A stretch of 64,000 bases of DNA from Paramecium tetraurelia (GCA_000165425.1 CT868676.1:128981-192980); one strand, 5' to 3'. Positions 41,976 through 55,245 are shown, numbered from the stretch's first letter. Notes: a model not told the origin generated them from the sequence alone. Translations and numbers: made by a program.

Positions 41976-42635
41976 AATAGTTCTAATTTTATATTATTAT
42001 AAAACATCAAAGCAATTTAATTAACAAGTATTTGTTAATATTAATTTTAATTTTGTTATTTATTCACATTCATATTTCAGATTGCATCCAAATAAGGTTT
42101 CATTCAAATTGATTATTAACGGAGAGGTAGAAATCAATTCATGAACCCTAGTCAGAAAATGCCCATTTTATAATTTCAATTATTTTGCATATTTATTAGC
42201 AGGCACCTCTTTGAATTTAGATATTTTAAATATGATTCCAAAATTAGATTTGTTATATTAATATGCTATAACTTCTCAATTACAAAGATAATTAAAATAT
42301 TGCCGATTCTTTTTGAATTATTGATTTTCACAAATGGAAGCTAAATTTTGAATTTGAAGCAATACTACTCAATCTACATATCTCCAATAAGATATAAGAA
42401 GTGATATCATTTTAATAGCCACAATAACCAAAATCTCAGATGATCATTTTGATCGAGAATTGATAACCTGGTTCACAGAAATGACAGAAATTAAAGAAAT
42501 CCCAGACCTCAAAACAACTTCATTGATATTATTAGGATTTAGAAGAGAATAGAGGGTGTGTTAATTATTCTGGACATATTATTGTTTAAGTTTCTTATGT
42601 GAATTGTATATATACATATAATAAACACTTTGAAT

Positions 42636-43011
42636 TCAATTATTTAATTGATAGCGGAACTGGCATTTAACGCATTCATAGAATACAGTGGATCCTTCAT
42701 CTGCTGATCTCAATTGCGCAGTTGAAAAGTAAGCTTCTTGCTACATTTAGGACAGGCTTGTTGAATAACAGCTCTGTGCGATTGATCAGATAGTTTAGAG
42801 TCTTGTTGATTGGATAGCCAGGACTTTGGTTCCATTTTGATGGTTGAGATGATGTATTTTGGTTGATAATCAGTGATAGAGCACTTGGTTGATAGGGTGG
42901 ATTGGATACCTTATATCCACAACGATTGCACTCCATGATATCCATGACTTCTGGGAGTTCTAGCATGAAATGGCATTGTGGACAAAAGTCAGCTGCACTG
43001 TCGAGATTCAT
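42636..43011 (-). CDS. RPA12: RNA polymerase I subunit RPA12 (zinc ribbons); apparent frameshift at about 42739
   Basis: N-terminal FCPQCHFML..ECNRCGY and a 26-nt intron; C-terminal CPKC../EAYFSTAQLRSADEGSTVFYECVKC. Confidence 0.88.
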
Positions 43012-43041
43012 TAATTATATTTTATTTGTGCTTTATATTAA

Positions 43042-45139
43042 ATGAAAGGACCGGTAAATATATTCATTCTGAAAGTAGATTCTTTGGGGATTTGTGTATA
43101 AATCACTTTTTAGATTTAGAAGTAATCATTTTGCAAATAACTTAAGAGCCTACGATGAAGTTTCTGCAAAGCCCATTTCAATTGAATAAAGATGATCTCA
43201 TCAAGAAGTCTGTGAACATCCCAGATCATAAATTCGACTTCTCCCCTTTTATCCATGCAGACTCCACCTTCCTAGTCAATCAGCAAAATATATAGACCTT
43301 GCGATTACTATAAAAGGATTTTTCCTCAGATCCTTAGAATCCTGAAAAAGCTTACAAATATGTGAGATAATTAAACCGCATGTAAATGTATGAGGAAGCA
43401 CTTCAAATATTCAAGTAAACAGGTATCATATATCGATTGACCTCTAGATGACTTCAGGGAAAGTGCAACCCCTAAACAGCATTAACAATTATAAGAGTAA
43501 TATGGCATTGCCATTACCAATCTGAAATCCAATTTGTATTCTGATAAACGCAAATCAATGATATTGCCAGGGGTAATCCAATTGCTTATCACAGCTGCAA
43601 TAATATATCAATTATTTTACTATTTTTAACCTAATCAATCCAAACCCAAGAATGAAAATACATAAAAGGACACTCCTGAATAGGGAGTGGGTAGAATGGA
43701 TAGATTTTATAACATATTGAGAAATAATCAAAGCGTTTAAGAGGAGAGAAACATTCCTACTCGTTTTAATGATGTGTTGGGAATTGATGAATTCAAAGAA
43801 GAGTTGGAAGAAATAGTGGAATTCTTGAAGAATCCCAAAAAGTACACTGATTCAGGAGCAAAACTACCAAAAGGAATTCTATTGGTAGGCCCTCCTGGAA
43901 CAGGGAAAACTCTATTGGCAAGAGCATTGGCTGGTGAAGCTGGATGTGCATTTTTTTACAAATCAGGATCTGAATTCGATGAAATGTTTGTCGGTGTTGG
44001 TGCCTCAAGAGTGAGAGACATCTTTAAAGCTGCCAGAGCAAAGGCTCCTTCAATTATCTTTATAGATGAGATAGACAGTATAGGAGGAAGAAGAAGAGCC
44101 TAAGATCCAGGGTATTCTAGAGATACCATTAACTAAATTCTTACAGAGATGGATGGATTCAAATAGACAGAGAGTGTTATTGTGATTGGAGCCACAAACT
44201 TTGAATAAGTAATCAGGATTCTTATAGTGATAGGTCTTGGATCCAGCCTTAAAACGACCAGGGAGATTTGATAAGATGATTCATGTGCCATTGCCTGATG
44301 TAAAAGGAAGAGAATAAATCTTTTCTTACTATTTATAGAAGATAAAGTTCGATGAAAAGAAAGTCTTGGCTAACAATTTGGCCAGACAAACAAGTGGGTT
44401 CAGTGGTGCTGATATTCAGAATATGGTCAATGTTGCTATTTTGAATGCTATAAAATATGACAGACAAATAGCCACAACTGAAGACTTTGAGTTTGCTATT
44501 GATAGAATATCTATGGGAATAGGAAGAAAGAATATGCATGTGAGTGATAAGGAGAAGTTAATGACAGCGTATCATGAGGGAGGACATGCACTCACTAGTT
44601 TATTAACAGATGGAGCCATGCCATTACACAAAGTAACGATATTGCCAAGAGGAGGAGCCTTAGGATTTGTATATATTTTGTTTGACTTTGCTAATAGACA
44701 GCCATGTTGCCAGAGAAGGATTAGTTGAATTATACAAGGAGAGGAATAATTGCATCGATTGATGTGGCTATGGGAGGGAGAGCTGCAGAAGATCTCTTTC
44801 TTGGAAAGGATGACATTACCAGTGGATGTAGCAACGATTTGGCCAAAGCAACAGATTTGGCTTATATGTTTGTGAAGTAATTAGGAATGGATGATAAGAT
44901 TTCCTTGATTTCTATCCAGAGTGACAGAGTTAAAACGAGTGATCAATTCGATTACATGGTGGATATGGAAGTCAAGAAGATTTTGGAAGTATTTTATTAG
45001 TATAGAAAAGGAATCTTATAACCGAGTCAAGACTCTATTGAAAACAAATGAAGGCAAACTCAAAGATTTGGCAACCGAATTAGTCAAGAAGGAGACTTTG
45101 TCAGCTGAAGAAATCAGAAAACTGTTAAAAATCAAATGA
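43042..45139 (+). CDS. YME1: FtsH-family mitochondrial i-AAA protease (YME1-like)
   Basis: [58 protein letters not shown] and [10 protein letters not shown]; a single TM before the AAA domain. Confidence 0.9.
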
Positions 45140-45998
45140 TTCGTACATTCATATAATTATTTTTTAATTAACCTAATTAGTATCTATTATTAATGGGAGC
45201 GGAAGATATAGTGGATCTCCTCACATTAATTAGACTAATTCTGAAGGGAAAATTGCTATCCATCAAGACTCCCTTTTAAGAGATGAAGAGAACTGGAAGA
45301 GTTGCTATGTGGCATACTGGCTTACTTCAGGTCATACTTTAAGGACTCACTTTGAGAGAGGTGAATAAAATACTATTAGAAGATGAAATATTGTATGAAA
45401 AAGGCATGACTTGCTAAAACATATACATAGTTTTAAAAAGGTTCTGTGATGATGAAGTCGGTTCTCATATTATGAAAAGGGATTGGGTTCTTTGCTTTTC
45501 ATATGCTAATTTATTAGGAGATGGCAAATGCAAATGATATACATAAATTTTATTTGGTTACTATTTTGTCTTATTTGATAGAATATTTAATTCAGATTTT
45601 TTGAATCTTAAACAAGAGTATTAGCATAAATGGATAAGAGATTAGAATTTATATTGAGATCAAAGACATAGTTCAAAAAGTTTGATATACATTCAACAAT
45701 AAATTTTTATGTCCGGAAGATATATCATCAAAGGAAATATCTAAAGTCGTATCTAAGAGAATGTTGAAGGAATTGAAGGATATAGATAATAGGTATCGTT
45801 ATCATCAATATATTGATTAGTTATTTGCCTCCAAGAGAGAATAATTTACTGTCATAAAGCATCTCATAGTCTGGTTTTTTATGATGTCGTTGATATCATT
45901 AAATAAGATAGATTAGAGCAATTCATTTTAGAAAATCACTAGGAGATTATAAAGGAGAGATTCTCAATAATAAGAATTTTATCAATATTATATTTAAA

Positions 45999-47182
45999 AT
46001 GAATTCATAATTTCTTGCTAGCAAGGCTTATTTGATGAAAAAGTTTTCAATCCCTACAGAACAATAACTTTACTTCTATTTGGGTAAAAAATTCAAATTT
46101 CCTATTTGCAATAAAACTGACATGATTCATTACATTTATTTCTTATCTCTAAGCCATTAAAGAAAAGCCTTTGGAGATTCTGCTAAGTTTAGAGTAATAG
46201 AATTACTCAATCAAAAAAACAATTTCCTAAATTCCATGAATATAGAATAATAGATCGCCTTATTAGCTGGATTAAGCAATTTACTCATTTATGATGAAAC
46301 ACTTTTAGAATCAATCTGCAAAGTGATTCAATCAAATCTGGCATCTATAAACTTAAGAGAAAGATTAATAATTTTACATAGTCTTTAAAAATTGAGAATG
46401 GAAAATCATCCAATATTCGCACTAATTTCAGATCAACTCAATAATCAATTTGAATTTATGGATCATTATGATTAAATCATCCATCTACTAATACAAACTA
46501 GGCTTTATCATGACAATATTGTTTCATCGTAAATAATTGAAGATCTTTTAAAAAAATTTATGGATCAAAAAAATGAGGTAATCCAAAATTACTTTGCCTC
46601 ATTCAATTCTCACTATTGTTAATTAATGTTCAATATATTTCCTGAAATAATTGGTTAAAACTATTAAGATGCAAAACCTTCGGAATAAAATTAATTTTAT
46701 CCGCATTTTCAAAAATTAGAAAGGATTTATAAAATTGCTAGAAGAGTTATTGATAAAAGAACTGGATATAAAAAAGCAGATTATTATGAATACTAAAATG
46801 TCAATTTCTTGAACATACCAATCGAGAAAAATTAAGACATATTAACAAAATTGGAAAATAATGTACTTAATGTCCTCAAAACATTAAATATCTAATTTAA
46901 TTCTCAAGAAAGAATTCTTATTTATGATGTAGATTTTTTTTTGCCAAATAATACAATAATAAATTGCAATGGTCCTTTGCATTTTATCATGAATCCTTAA
47001 TTGTAACATATCGGACATAGCCCAAACCATCAAACGGTTTTAAGGTATTAATGAAACACATTAATAGGCATCTGAAATCGGGAAACTACCACATAATTGA
47101 TATTGAATATGATGAATGGAATAAATTAGAAAATTTTTCAAATAAATAAAGTTATTTATAGAGTCTAATTAATGTTATATGA
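45999..47182 (+). CDS. RAP-domain protein with helical repeats (true start probably further upstream in a disrupted region)
   Basis: C-terminus YDVDFFLPNNTIINCNGPLHF...RHLKSGNYHIIDIEYDEWNKL; the frame is open from ATG 45999; coding-like sequence at 45193-45998 is interrupted. Confidence 0.7.
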
Positions 47183-47986
47183 TATGTATTATTAATTTTT
47201 ATACATTCTAAATATGATTATCGAAGGGTTCTTAAAAAATCAAATAAGTACAAGGTATAATTAGAGTAAACCCAATAACTTACAACTTTGAATAAAATCT
47301 ATATCATATTTAAGGCTAAACAATTTATTTAATTTCAAGAATAAAATTCCTATATATAACTAGTATATAAATTATTAAGTTTATAATCCATAAATTAAAT
47401 TCAAATACTATTTACTAAATCCTTCTAATCGATTGGTATTTTTAAAATTAGATCGTAGTAGCTTTTTTTTTGGTATTATTTATAAATCCTTATACCAAGA
47501 TTCTAAGGCATTTTCAATTACTGATTTTAATCTAACTATTTACAAATGAGAATATTTTGCTTATGTAAATAGGTAGGAAAAAATTAATTAATCAGAAAAA
47601 ATAGATTTCAATTTTAAGAAAATGACTACAGTCTTTAAAAATCATTTTTGAAAAATATAAGTTCCTATTTTTGTTGATAATCAGCTTGATATAAACGCTA
47701 AATATTAATAATTATTAGAAAAAACACTTAATAATCAGATGAAAAATGAAATAATATGCAATATTTATTTGATTGTAAGTAGGATTTAATTTAGTATTAA
47801 GCGAATAAAGATAACTAAACAACCAATGATATAAATTTAGGTGTATATAGGTAAAAAATAATAATTAATGATGAAGAATTGCAAAATTTTTAAAAAGAAT
47901 AATAGTAGTTTACCTGCTAAATTTGGATAATTTATTAGTTGACAAATTTATTTTCATTATAATATGTTAAATTTATATAAAAATTA

Positions 47987-48529
47987 ATGAAAAACTCACT
48001 TAGGCTTTTAAACTGTTTTGAAAAAGATTTAAATTAATTAGAAACACCTCCTATTCAATCAAGACTTATAAATTATGAAATTTTAATAAAAACCAAGAAT
48101 TACTTAGATAATGTGTTTTATTAAAAGCTAGAAAAATCTTCTATTCATACTCAATCAATACTGGCAGCTAGCAAAACCAATAATAAATCATTGGTTCTAG
48201 AAGAAGAAAGAAATTAAAGATCAAGAACAATTGACCACCTTCCATAAGAACTTAAGATTGACTCTTAGTTGAGATCAATTCCTGAAAAATAAATTAAAAT
48301 CAAAGAATGCACTCAAACTAAATTAAATTCTGGAGAAACATAATCTTCTCAAACTACTTTAAGAAAAGAAACCAGCAGCTTTGTTATGAAAGGAATTCTA
48401 AAAAATCAAAGTTCACATGTTGAGTTGAATAAGAGGCAAAAAAGAAGTGTAAGTGTACATTCAGGAAAAAGCGTTAGATTTAATCTACCCAATGATAATC
48501 TTATATAACTAATGATGTTTGCAAAATGA
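47987..48529 (+). CDS. 180-aa disordered protein with GILK and KSVRF motifs (candidate PP1 interactor)
   Basis: Intronless frame ending ...MKGILKNQSS...SGKSVRFNLP...-TGA. Confidence 0.7.
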
Positions 48530-48577
48530 TTAAATTACTTTTAGTTTATATATCTCAATATAAGAAAATTGTAAAAA

Positions 48578-50714
48578 TCAAAATTCATCATCATTATCAT
48601 TATCATTATGGCTTTCAGGCTATTTATCTTCAAATAATGATTTTAAACCTTATCCATCCATTCTAGAGTCAAATACAATAGCAAAATCGTTTTATTCAGA
48701 GTATATATCAATTAATCTTCTTTTTTCTTTTGGCCAAATGGATGGAGAAGGAAATAGAATATCTACTGAAAGCTGTATTGCATTATCATATAGCTACTAA
48801 GCAAATTCTTTCATGAAATCTTAACTTTAATCAAATTATGTTGTAGGTTTGATGTCGATTAACCATGGTTTATATTGATTATCAATCACTATTTTAACTT
48901 AAAGTAACTAAGTCTTATTTAATGATTACTTCAAAATTATGATCCTTGACTGGCATTTGAATAAAAACTGATCTTATATATTCACATAAATTTGTTTTTA
49001 TATCAGGGAGTATTTTATAATCGTAATCCACTCTACAATCATCAAAATATTCTAAAATGGTTTTCATTGAAATCTTATTTGAACAATAATCTGGATTTAA
49101 TCGAGTGATAGATTTAGACTACTAAACTTTTTCAAATGGAGAGAAATTTATTTATGATTCTTCACCATAAAATTATTCAAATAGATATGCTCTCACAATC
49201 CCATTTATTTAAGTTATCAGTAAATAATAGCATAAATCTAATTTTATTTATTGATATACAAACGATCTTATATATTATTAGACAATAAAGCTTTGTTGAT
49301 TTCTACTTGGAGTCTAGTACTCTTTTAAAATACAGTTAAATACACTTTTTGTATTTTCACATAACTAAATCTACTCTCCTTCATTCTGACATTTCAAAAC
49401 TATCCAAATATCTGTAGAAGTTTTATAGTTTCTAACAAAATCATAAAATGATTCTTCCCCCAAATTATTCACAATTATTGAAAATGGAAGGAAATCACCG
49501 TAATATTGATTTGTTAAAGTACAGTACTTTTAATATCTAGAAATCAAATTCTTTTTTGTCCATAACGGATTATTTGCATCTATATGATTGTGTATCTTTA
49601 TGTTTGGAGATAATAAACAAAGTTTTTATTCTATTGCAAATTTCATTTAATCTTCAACGCCTTCACATGTCTTTAGAATCTATTCAAAAGGCTAAAATTC
49701 AATTTTATCACTTATGTGCCTTTATCTTTATTTATTTAAAAAAGAAATCGAGACTTCCTTAGTCCATAAAAACTGCACTTCCTCATCAGTTTCTTCTGCT
49801 TCTTACCACCACCATCTAAAACTCAAACATCTTTTCAAAATACTTTCATTGTTAGGGTCTTCAATCCTATACTTTTATATTCTTATTGCTGAAGGACGAA
49901 TGTATATAGTATGCAGACATTGATTTTCAAATAAGCTTTTTTAAAAATGCTTAAGTTTTCTTTGAATTGGATCTTCATAATTCTGAGATTGCTGCAAAAA
50001 GATTGTTTTTTTTCTTTTCAACAATCTGTTTTTCAATTTGTTCAAAAACTCTTTTGGTCTTTATATTTAAGGTCTTTAAGGATATATCAAACTTCTTTCT
50101 GTTTAAATTGGAGAAAGCAAATTCTCTCTTTATTAATGGAATGGCCTCATTAAATCTTTTACAGATTTTTCAATTTAGAAAGGTTAGAGTTATTTCATAT
50201 TTTTGAGGTAGTAGAAATTGTGCACAGGACAGTTTTATCCTTAAGGAGATTTCTCGAGCTTTTTCAATTTGATATTATTCAACCTAACATCATCAATTAC
50301 GTGATCAAGGATTTTCTTTTTGCTTTCAATATTTTAAATGGATGTAGGTGATTATTAATTTAATTTGTAAGGCGATTAATGCTGCTTTATTGATTTCATT
50401 CTTCCACGAAAATGAGCTAGACCATCATCTGGTTTTTCTATTTTATATTTTTATAAGCTTCCATATAATTCTCTTTGAGAATAATCACGATAACTTGAAT
50501 TTATAAAGGTTTCTTTTCTCTGACCAAAAATTGATTCTTTTTGAGGAACTAATATTTTAAGAGTTGGTTAAAATGAATGATTAGCAAATAAATATGAAGG
50601 TGTTATTTGCTAAAGTTATAGATCTTATTTTTTCGTGAAATCTTATTGAGGTGGAGATATATTGCAATTAGTATCAGTATGAAGTATATGATTAGGAGAA
50701 ATTTTAAGGTTCAT
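48578..50714 (-). CDS. TTLL-family pseudo-enzyme (degenerate ATP-grasp active site)
   Basis: Collinear with the TTLL at 13557: PNNESILKRCLSFRWWW, IWIVLKCQ, FIVQQYIRSFVYQQIKLDLCYY and NFE/LLQVKIVIDNQYKPWLIDIKP. Confidence 0.82.
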
Positions 50715-51474
50715 AAATTATAAAAAATTATAAGTAAATAAAAACAATAATTTATCAAATCCAAAGTAGATAACCAAATACTAATAATTGGTAGATGGTT
50801 GCTTGCCTAACAATCAAGGATTTTTTATTTAATTGAGAATTTGGATGTGATATTAAAACATACAAGCTCTATTCATTTCAAACCTTAAATCTGATGTCAT
50901 ATGGATTGCAAATAGTTTACAATCAACTTGATTCAATTAAAAAGAGCCTTTAAATATCAGTTTATTATGGCAATATTTTCTTTTTTTTGATTTTATGTAA
51001 CATTCATCAAATATCCTTATCCTATAATTCTTGGCAATCAGATAAAATAATATCAACCTTGTGTTAGCTCTAACAATTACTTTATCAAATGAATTTAGTA
51101 ATAAAAACAATTCAATATTTAAATGGGTTTTTTCTATTAGTTATTAATTAAAAATACTATCTGAATTTTAGGAATTCAAAAACTACTTTAATTTGCAAAT
51201 TTATTTTTATTGTTAAAACTGCAATTTTATTTATGGGCCTCCTATAAAGATAACAAAATCAATTTCAAATAAGTTGAATTAATAGTATATAGTTAGGATG
51301 TCCCAAATTCTCATCATTTAAAATTTAAATAATTTCTGAGCTAAATAACCTCAAATTCTACATATTAAATATTCTAATTATGAATGTTGAAATTCTATGA
51401 ATAAATAAATGGGTCTCTTTTAAAAAACGACACATATATTCATTTTTAATTTTAATTTAAATTATATTTTACAG

Positions 51475-51487
51475 AAAAAAGAAAAAA
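51475..51487 (-). terminator. Pol III oligo-T terminator of tRNA-Asn
   Basis: TTTTTTCTTTTTT immediately 3' of the tRNA on the minus strand. Confidence 0.75.
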
Positions 51488-51488
51488 G

Positions 51489-51561
51489 CGCTAATGGAAG
51501 GGTTTGAACCTTCGACCTGTTGGTTAACAGCCAACCGCTCTGCCGACTGAGCTACATCAGC
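51489..51561 (-). tRNA. tRNA-Asn (GTT)
   Basis: GCTGATG/CATTAGC acceptor stem, D arm TAGCTCAGTCGGCAGAGC, anticodon arm GTTGG-CTGTTAA-CCAAC, T arm GAAGG-TTCAAAC-CCTTC. Confidence 0.97.
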
Positions 51562-52063
51562 GTGTTCGATATAAAACCTAGTAGAGTATTGATAAACAGC
51601 AGAAAAAATTATATTTACTTATTATTGATAAATTTTTACTGAGAAGTTAAGAATTTACATAGTCAAAACTTTTTTATAGTCAAGAGTAATGATTATTTTT
51701 ATCTTAAATACAAAAATAAGAGAAGATCAATCTATTCAGAACCTTTAAATTTGAGTTTTAACATTTCAATTGCTGAATTTCCCCCTTTTAAAAGAGGATC
51801 TTTTAAAAAACAAAATTTAACTAAAATATTTCATACAAGCTAGATTGTTTTAAAATTTAATTCTAAGAACTGATTGAATGAACATATATTGACCCCTATT
51901 CTTTAACTTATTATTTTCAATCTAAAAATATGAGCTGCATTATAAATGATTCCCTATAAAATATTATATTTATCTAGATGCCTTTGAAATATCTACTGAA
52001 TATAAAGTTATTTCAAAATTAAAAGAAAAAAGAATGTATTTTCTATTTTTAATTATAATATTT

Positions 52064-52696
52064 ATGGGTTAGAGTTGTATAAAAAAATAGAAAATAGAAA
52101 ATGAAAGAGAATTAGAATGCTAATTAAACATTATATAACCAATATGTCAAAGTAATTAAATTAAAAGACCTATATATGAAATTTGTTATATACAAGGGAG
52201 AGAAGAAACAAATGATGAAGTTTATGATTTAGATTTAGAAACCAGGAAGCCTTAAAAATAAAAAGTGAAAAGTGTTTATAATTCTAAATCCAATTTCTCT
52301 TTAGGTGTTAAATAATAAAAGTAATTGATCAAAAGTTAGTTGAAATCACTTGGTGCAGATGTTTCATAAATATTTAATCCCAAAAAATAAAAATTAGTAC
52401 GATCTGATCGTGAGAGCAGAGCTTTGGAATATAGTACTCGTTTAGTTTAAACTACAAGAGATCCAAAAAGATGTGGCACATTTTCATCAAATAAAAGTAT
52501 GGATAACAGCCAGTCTCCACTGTAGTTTTCTCTAAAATAATAGAATCATACATATGACTCTATTAGAGATGAAATTAAATCTGTAAGATCTATGAAACCT
52601 TTGAATTAATAACAATCAAATCATGGAATCTTAAAATAAAAAAAAGGAAAAGCTAAATCTATGTATTACAAAAGAACTGTGAGATTTTAATTTTGA
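52064..52696 (+). CDS. 210-aa protein with MGQSC N-terminus and C-terminal GILK + RTVRF motifs (candidate membrane PP1 interactor)
   Basis: Intronless frame MGQSCIKKQK...HGILKQKKGKAKSMYYKRTVRFQF-TGA. Confidence 0.72.
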
Positions 52697-53961
52697 AACC
52701 ATTATATAAATCTTATTCTATATTAAGCATTTATATATTTATGTATTTTAAAGCTTTATAATTTAATTTAATCAATGTTTCCATTTATTTAATGATAATT
52801 ATTGTTTCATTCGAAATATAATCAGAAGTGTATTCCTTTTGCTCAACATTTTTATTTTAATCACTCCCTCCTATTCTTTCAATCCATTTAATTATTATAA
52901 TTAAACAAATAATAAAAACCCTTGACACAATCAAGAATTAGGAGTTCCAAGTGTATTTTAAGGCTTAGTTTTTCTATTTTCAACAAGATATTATCAAATT
53001 TGATTTTGTATCATTGATGTTCAAATTATAATCTTGGATATTTTTAGGGGAAATTCGAGTGAATTATGGAGAAAGAACAAAGACATTAAGTCAAATCTAT
53101 TTGTGTAATAAAATAATATCAAATTTAATAAGTGTTAGTAAATCAATTTTTTAATTGAATTTAATTTGGATTTTATTAAATTCATTCATTCTTTATTCTA
53201 TTTGTTTCCATTTCATTTTTATAATTAGATAATTTTCTTAGTAATGTATTAGATGTTACTTCTAAGTGTAAATTTTTTTTGATATAATATACATTTTGAG
53301 CTTAATTTTATAATTTCAAGTAGTTGCAAATTGATTAATCTTCTTTGATCAAAATGATTGAATATTTTATCAACCAGAACTAAATGTTTCTTGTTCTACG
53401 TTTAAGTGAAATAATATTTAGTGACTTGTTGTTATGAATTATTAATTAGGTCGAAGATATGTGTTAAAATTCTAATAAGACTAATTCTAATAAGCAAAAT
53501 TCTAATTAAACTTGTAAAAATGCATCAAATAATTTAATTTAATTGATGCAATTTTATTATTTAAACTTAAATCTAAGATTACTACTTAATTTATTAAGAG
53601 AATTAAAAACATAATAAGTGCATAGAATCAATTAGGAATTAATTAAATTGAAAACTCTCATTTATATTTATATTTTGAAAGTATAGAATGCTTTCATTTC
53701 TTGTTTTGAACTTCTTATATCTACTAACAGTTCAAGGTGATAAAACTATTAGGAGCTTTAGTTAAATCAATAACAAGCAATAAACAATATTGCTTAAAGA
53801 TATCATGCCATATTTTGATAATATTATATTATTTATATTTTTAATAGTTGTTATTTATACATTATTGTCACACGAAATTCTTCAAAAATAATAAAAACAC
53901 AGATATTTGATTGAGAAAAATTTTACAATATTTTTTTTCAAGATAGTTAAATTCATATAAA

Positions 53962-54588
53962 TCAATTCATTAGTCTATTTTCTTCTTTTTCTTATTTTTC
54001 ATAAATACTCAACATTAAAGAATTAAAAAATTTTTCAAATGCTGGATGGATGGTTTAATTTCCTTCTTCAATGGAAGTATCATGAACTGTTAAACTACTT
54101 AATGATTTGGCTGAAATATTTAGAGATTTAAATTATACGTAATTTTGATTATCCTTTTATTGCTTTGCCTGTCAAATGATGAGCAAATACTACATTTAAA
54201 GCGGCAGGAATGCCAGCTTTCTTAGATATTTGATTAATCCATTATTCCAATTCTTATTCATGTTTAGGATTTTCCGCATTATATACACAAATAACTCCTT
54301 ATGCATCTTTAATTATTGCAGGCCAACAAGAGTCAAATCTATTTTATTTAAAATTACAAACTTGGCATCTCCACTCATATCCCAAAGCTCAACAATGACT
54401 TTTTCTGAACCTGGTCTTTTAGGATTTTTTGGTGCTTCTTTTTCAAATTCTAAAATTCTCACTCCTGCAGTAGGTCTATATCCATTTTATGAAATATCTT
54501 CTCTATCAGCTATATAATTTGCAAGTCTTGATTTCCCTGATTAAAGTGGCCCTATTATTAAGATTTTTATTGAAGACCCTTTAAACAT
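53962..54588 (-). CDS. IFT22: Intraflagellar transport protein 22 (RABL5)
   Basis: IKILIIGPLQSGKSRLANYI, YRPTAGVRILEFE and VELWDMSGDAKFDSCWPAI; two tiny introns. Confidence 0.93.
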
Positions 54589-55245
54589 TATAATTATTTA
54601 AATTTATAATTAGTATTTCTATGTTTTAAATAGAATCATCAAATTTTGGATGAGCGATGTATTAGTTTTGATAATGATAATTCTTCTTTATCATTTTGAT
54701 AAATGAACAATTGTTTAATTTTACTTTATTTAGAGTAGTTCAAAATGAAAATAAATTTCGGAGGTGACCTAAATCAAAGAAGATAATTAGGATTAAGAGT
54801 AAATTGTTAGAGATAAACAAGTAATAGAAAAAATAAAATGAAATTCAAATATACCAAAAATATTGTAGAGAGGTTATTCTATACTAAAGATTCACCTCAA
54901 CGATTTGTTTTGTAAATTTTCAAATACCAAGAAGTTGAGGAGAAACTTATTATCACATATAATTGAGTTAATTAAGAAACGGAGAGATTAGTATCACAAA
55001 TTTATTAAACAAATGAACAATAAAAGATGAAATAAATTTTAATTAAAATTAAAAGAGGAAATTTTTGAAATTTTTTGATATTAAATATAAAAAAACATAT
55101 AGCGATTTTGGCTTCTCAAACAGCCGAAGTAATATATCTGTGATTAAAAATCATTTTTACAATTTGGAATTACTAACAATATTTAAAGATTAAATAATGG
55201 ATAATAGATCTAAAACGAATCAATCAGAATTTGGATTATAATACT

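Noticed and set aside
41980..42630. Protein-like plus-strand fragment between the HAD/Dpy-30 gene and RPA12
   Set aside because: There is no convincing start or recognisable motif, so I cannot support a gene.
43120..43200. Apparent premature TGA early in YME1
   Set aside because: It is resolved by a 25-nt intron at about 43122-43146.
52700..53960. 1.2 kb gap with short Gln-rich minus-strand fragments and TTATTAGAATT repeats
   Set aside because: I found no sustained frame, domain or convincing RNA structure; at most a decayed gene.
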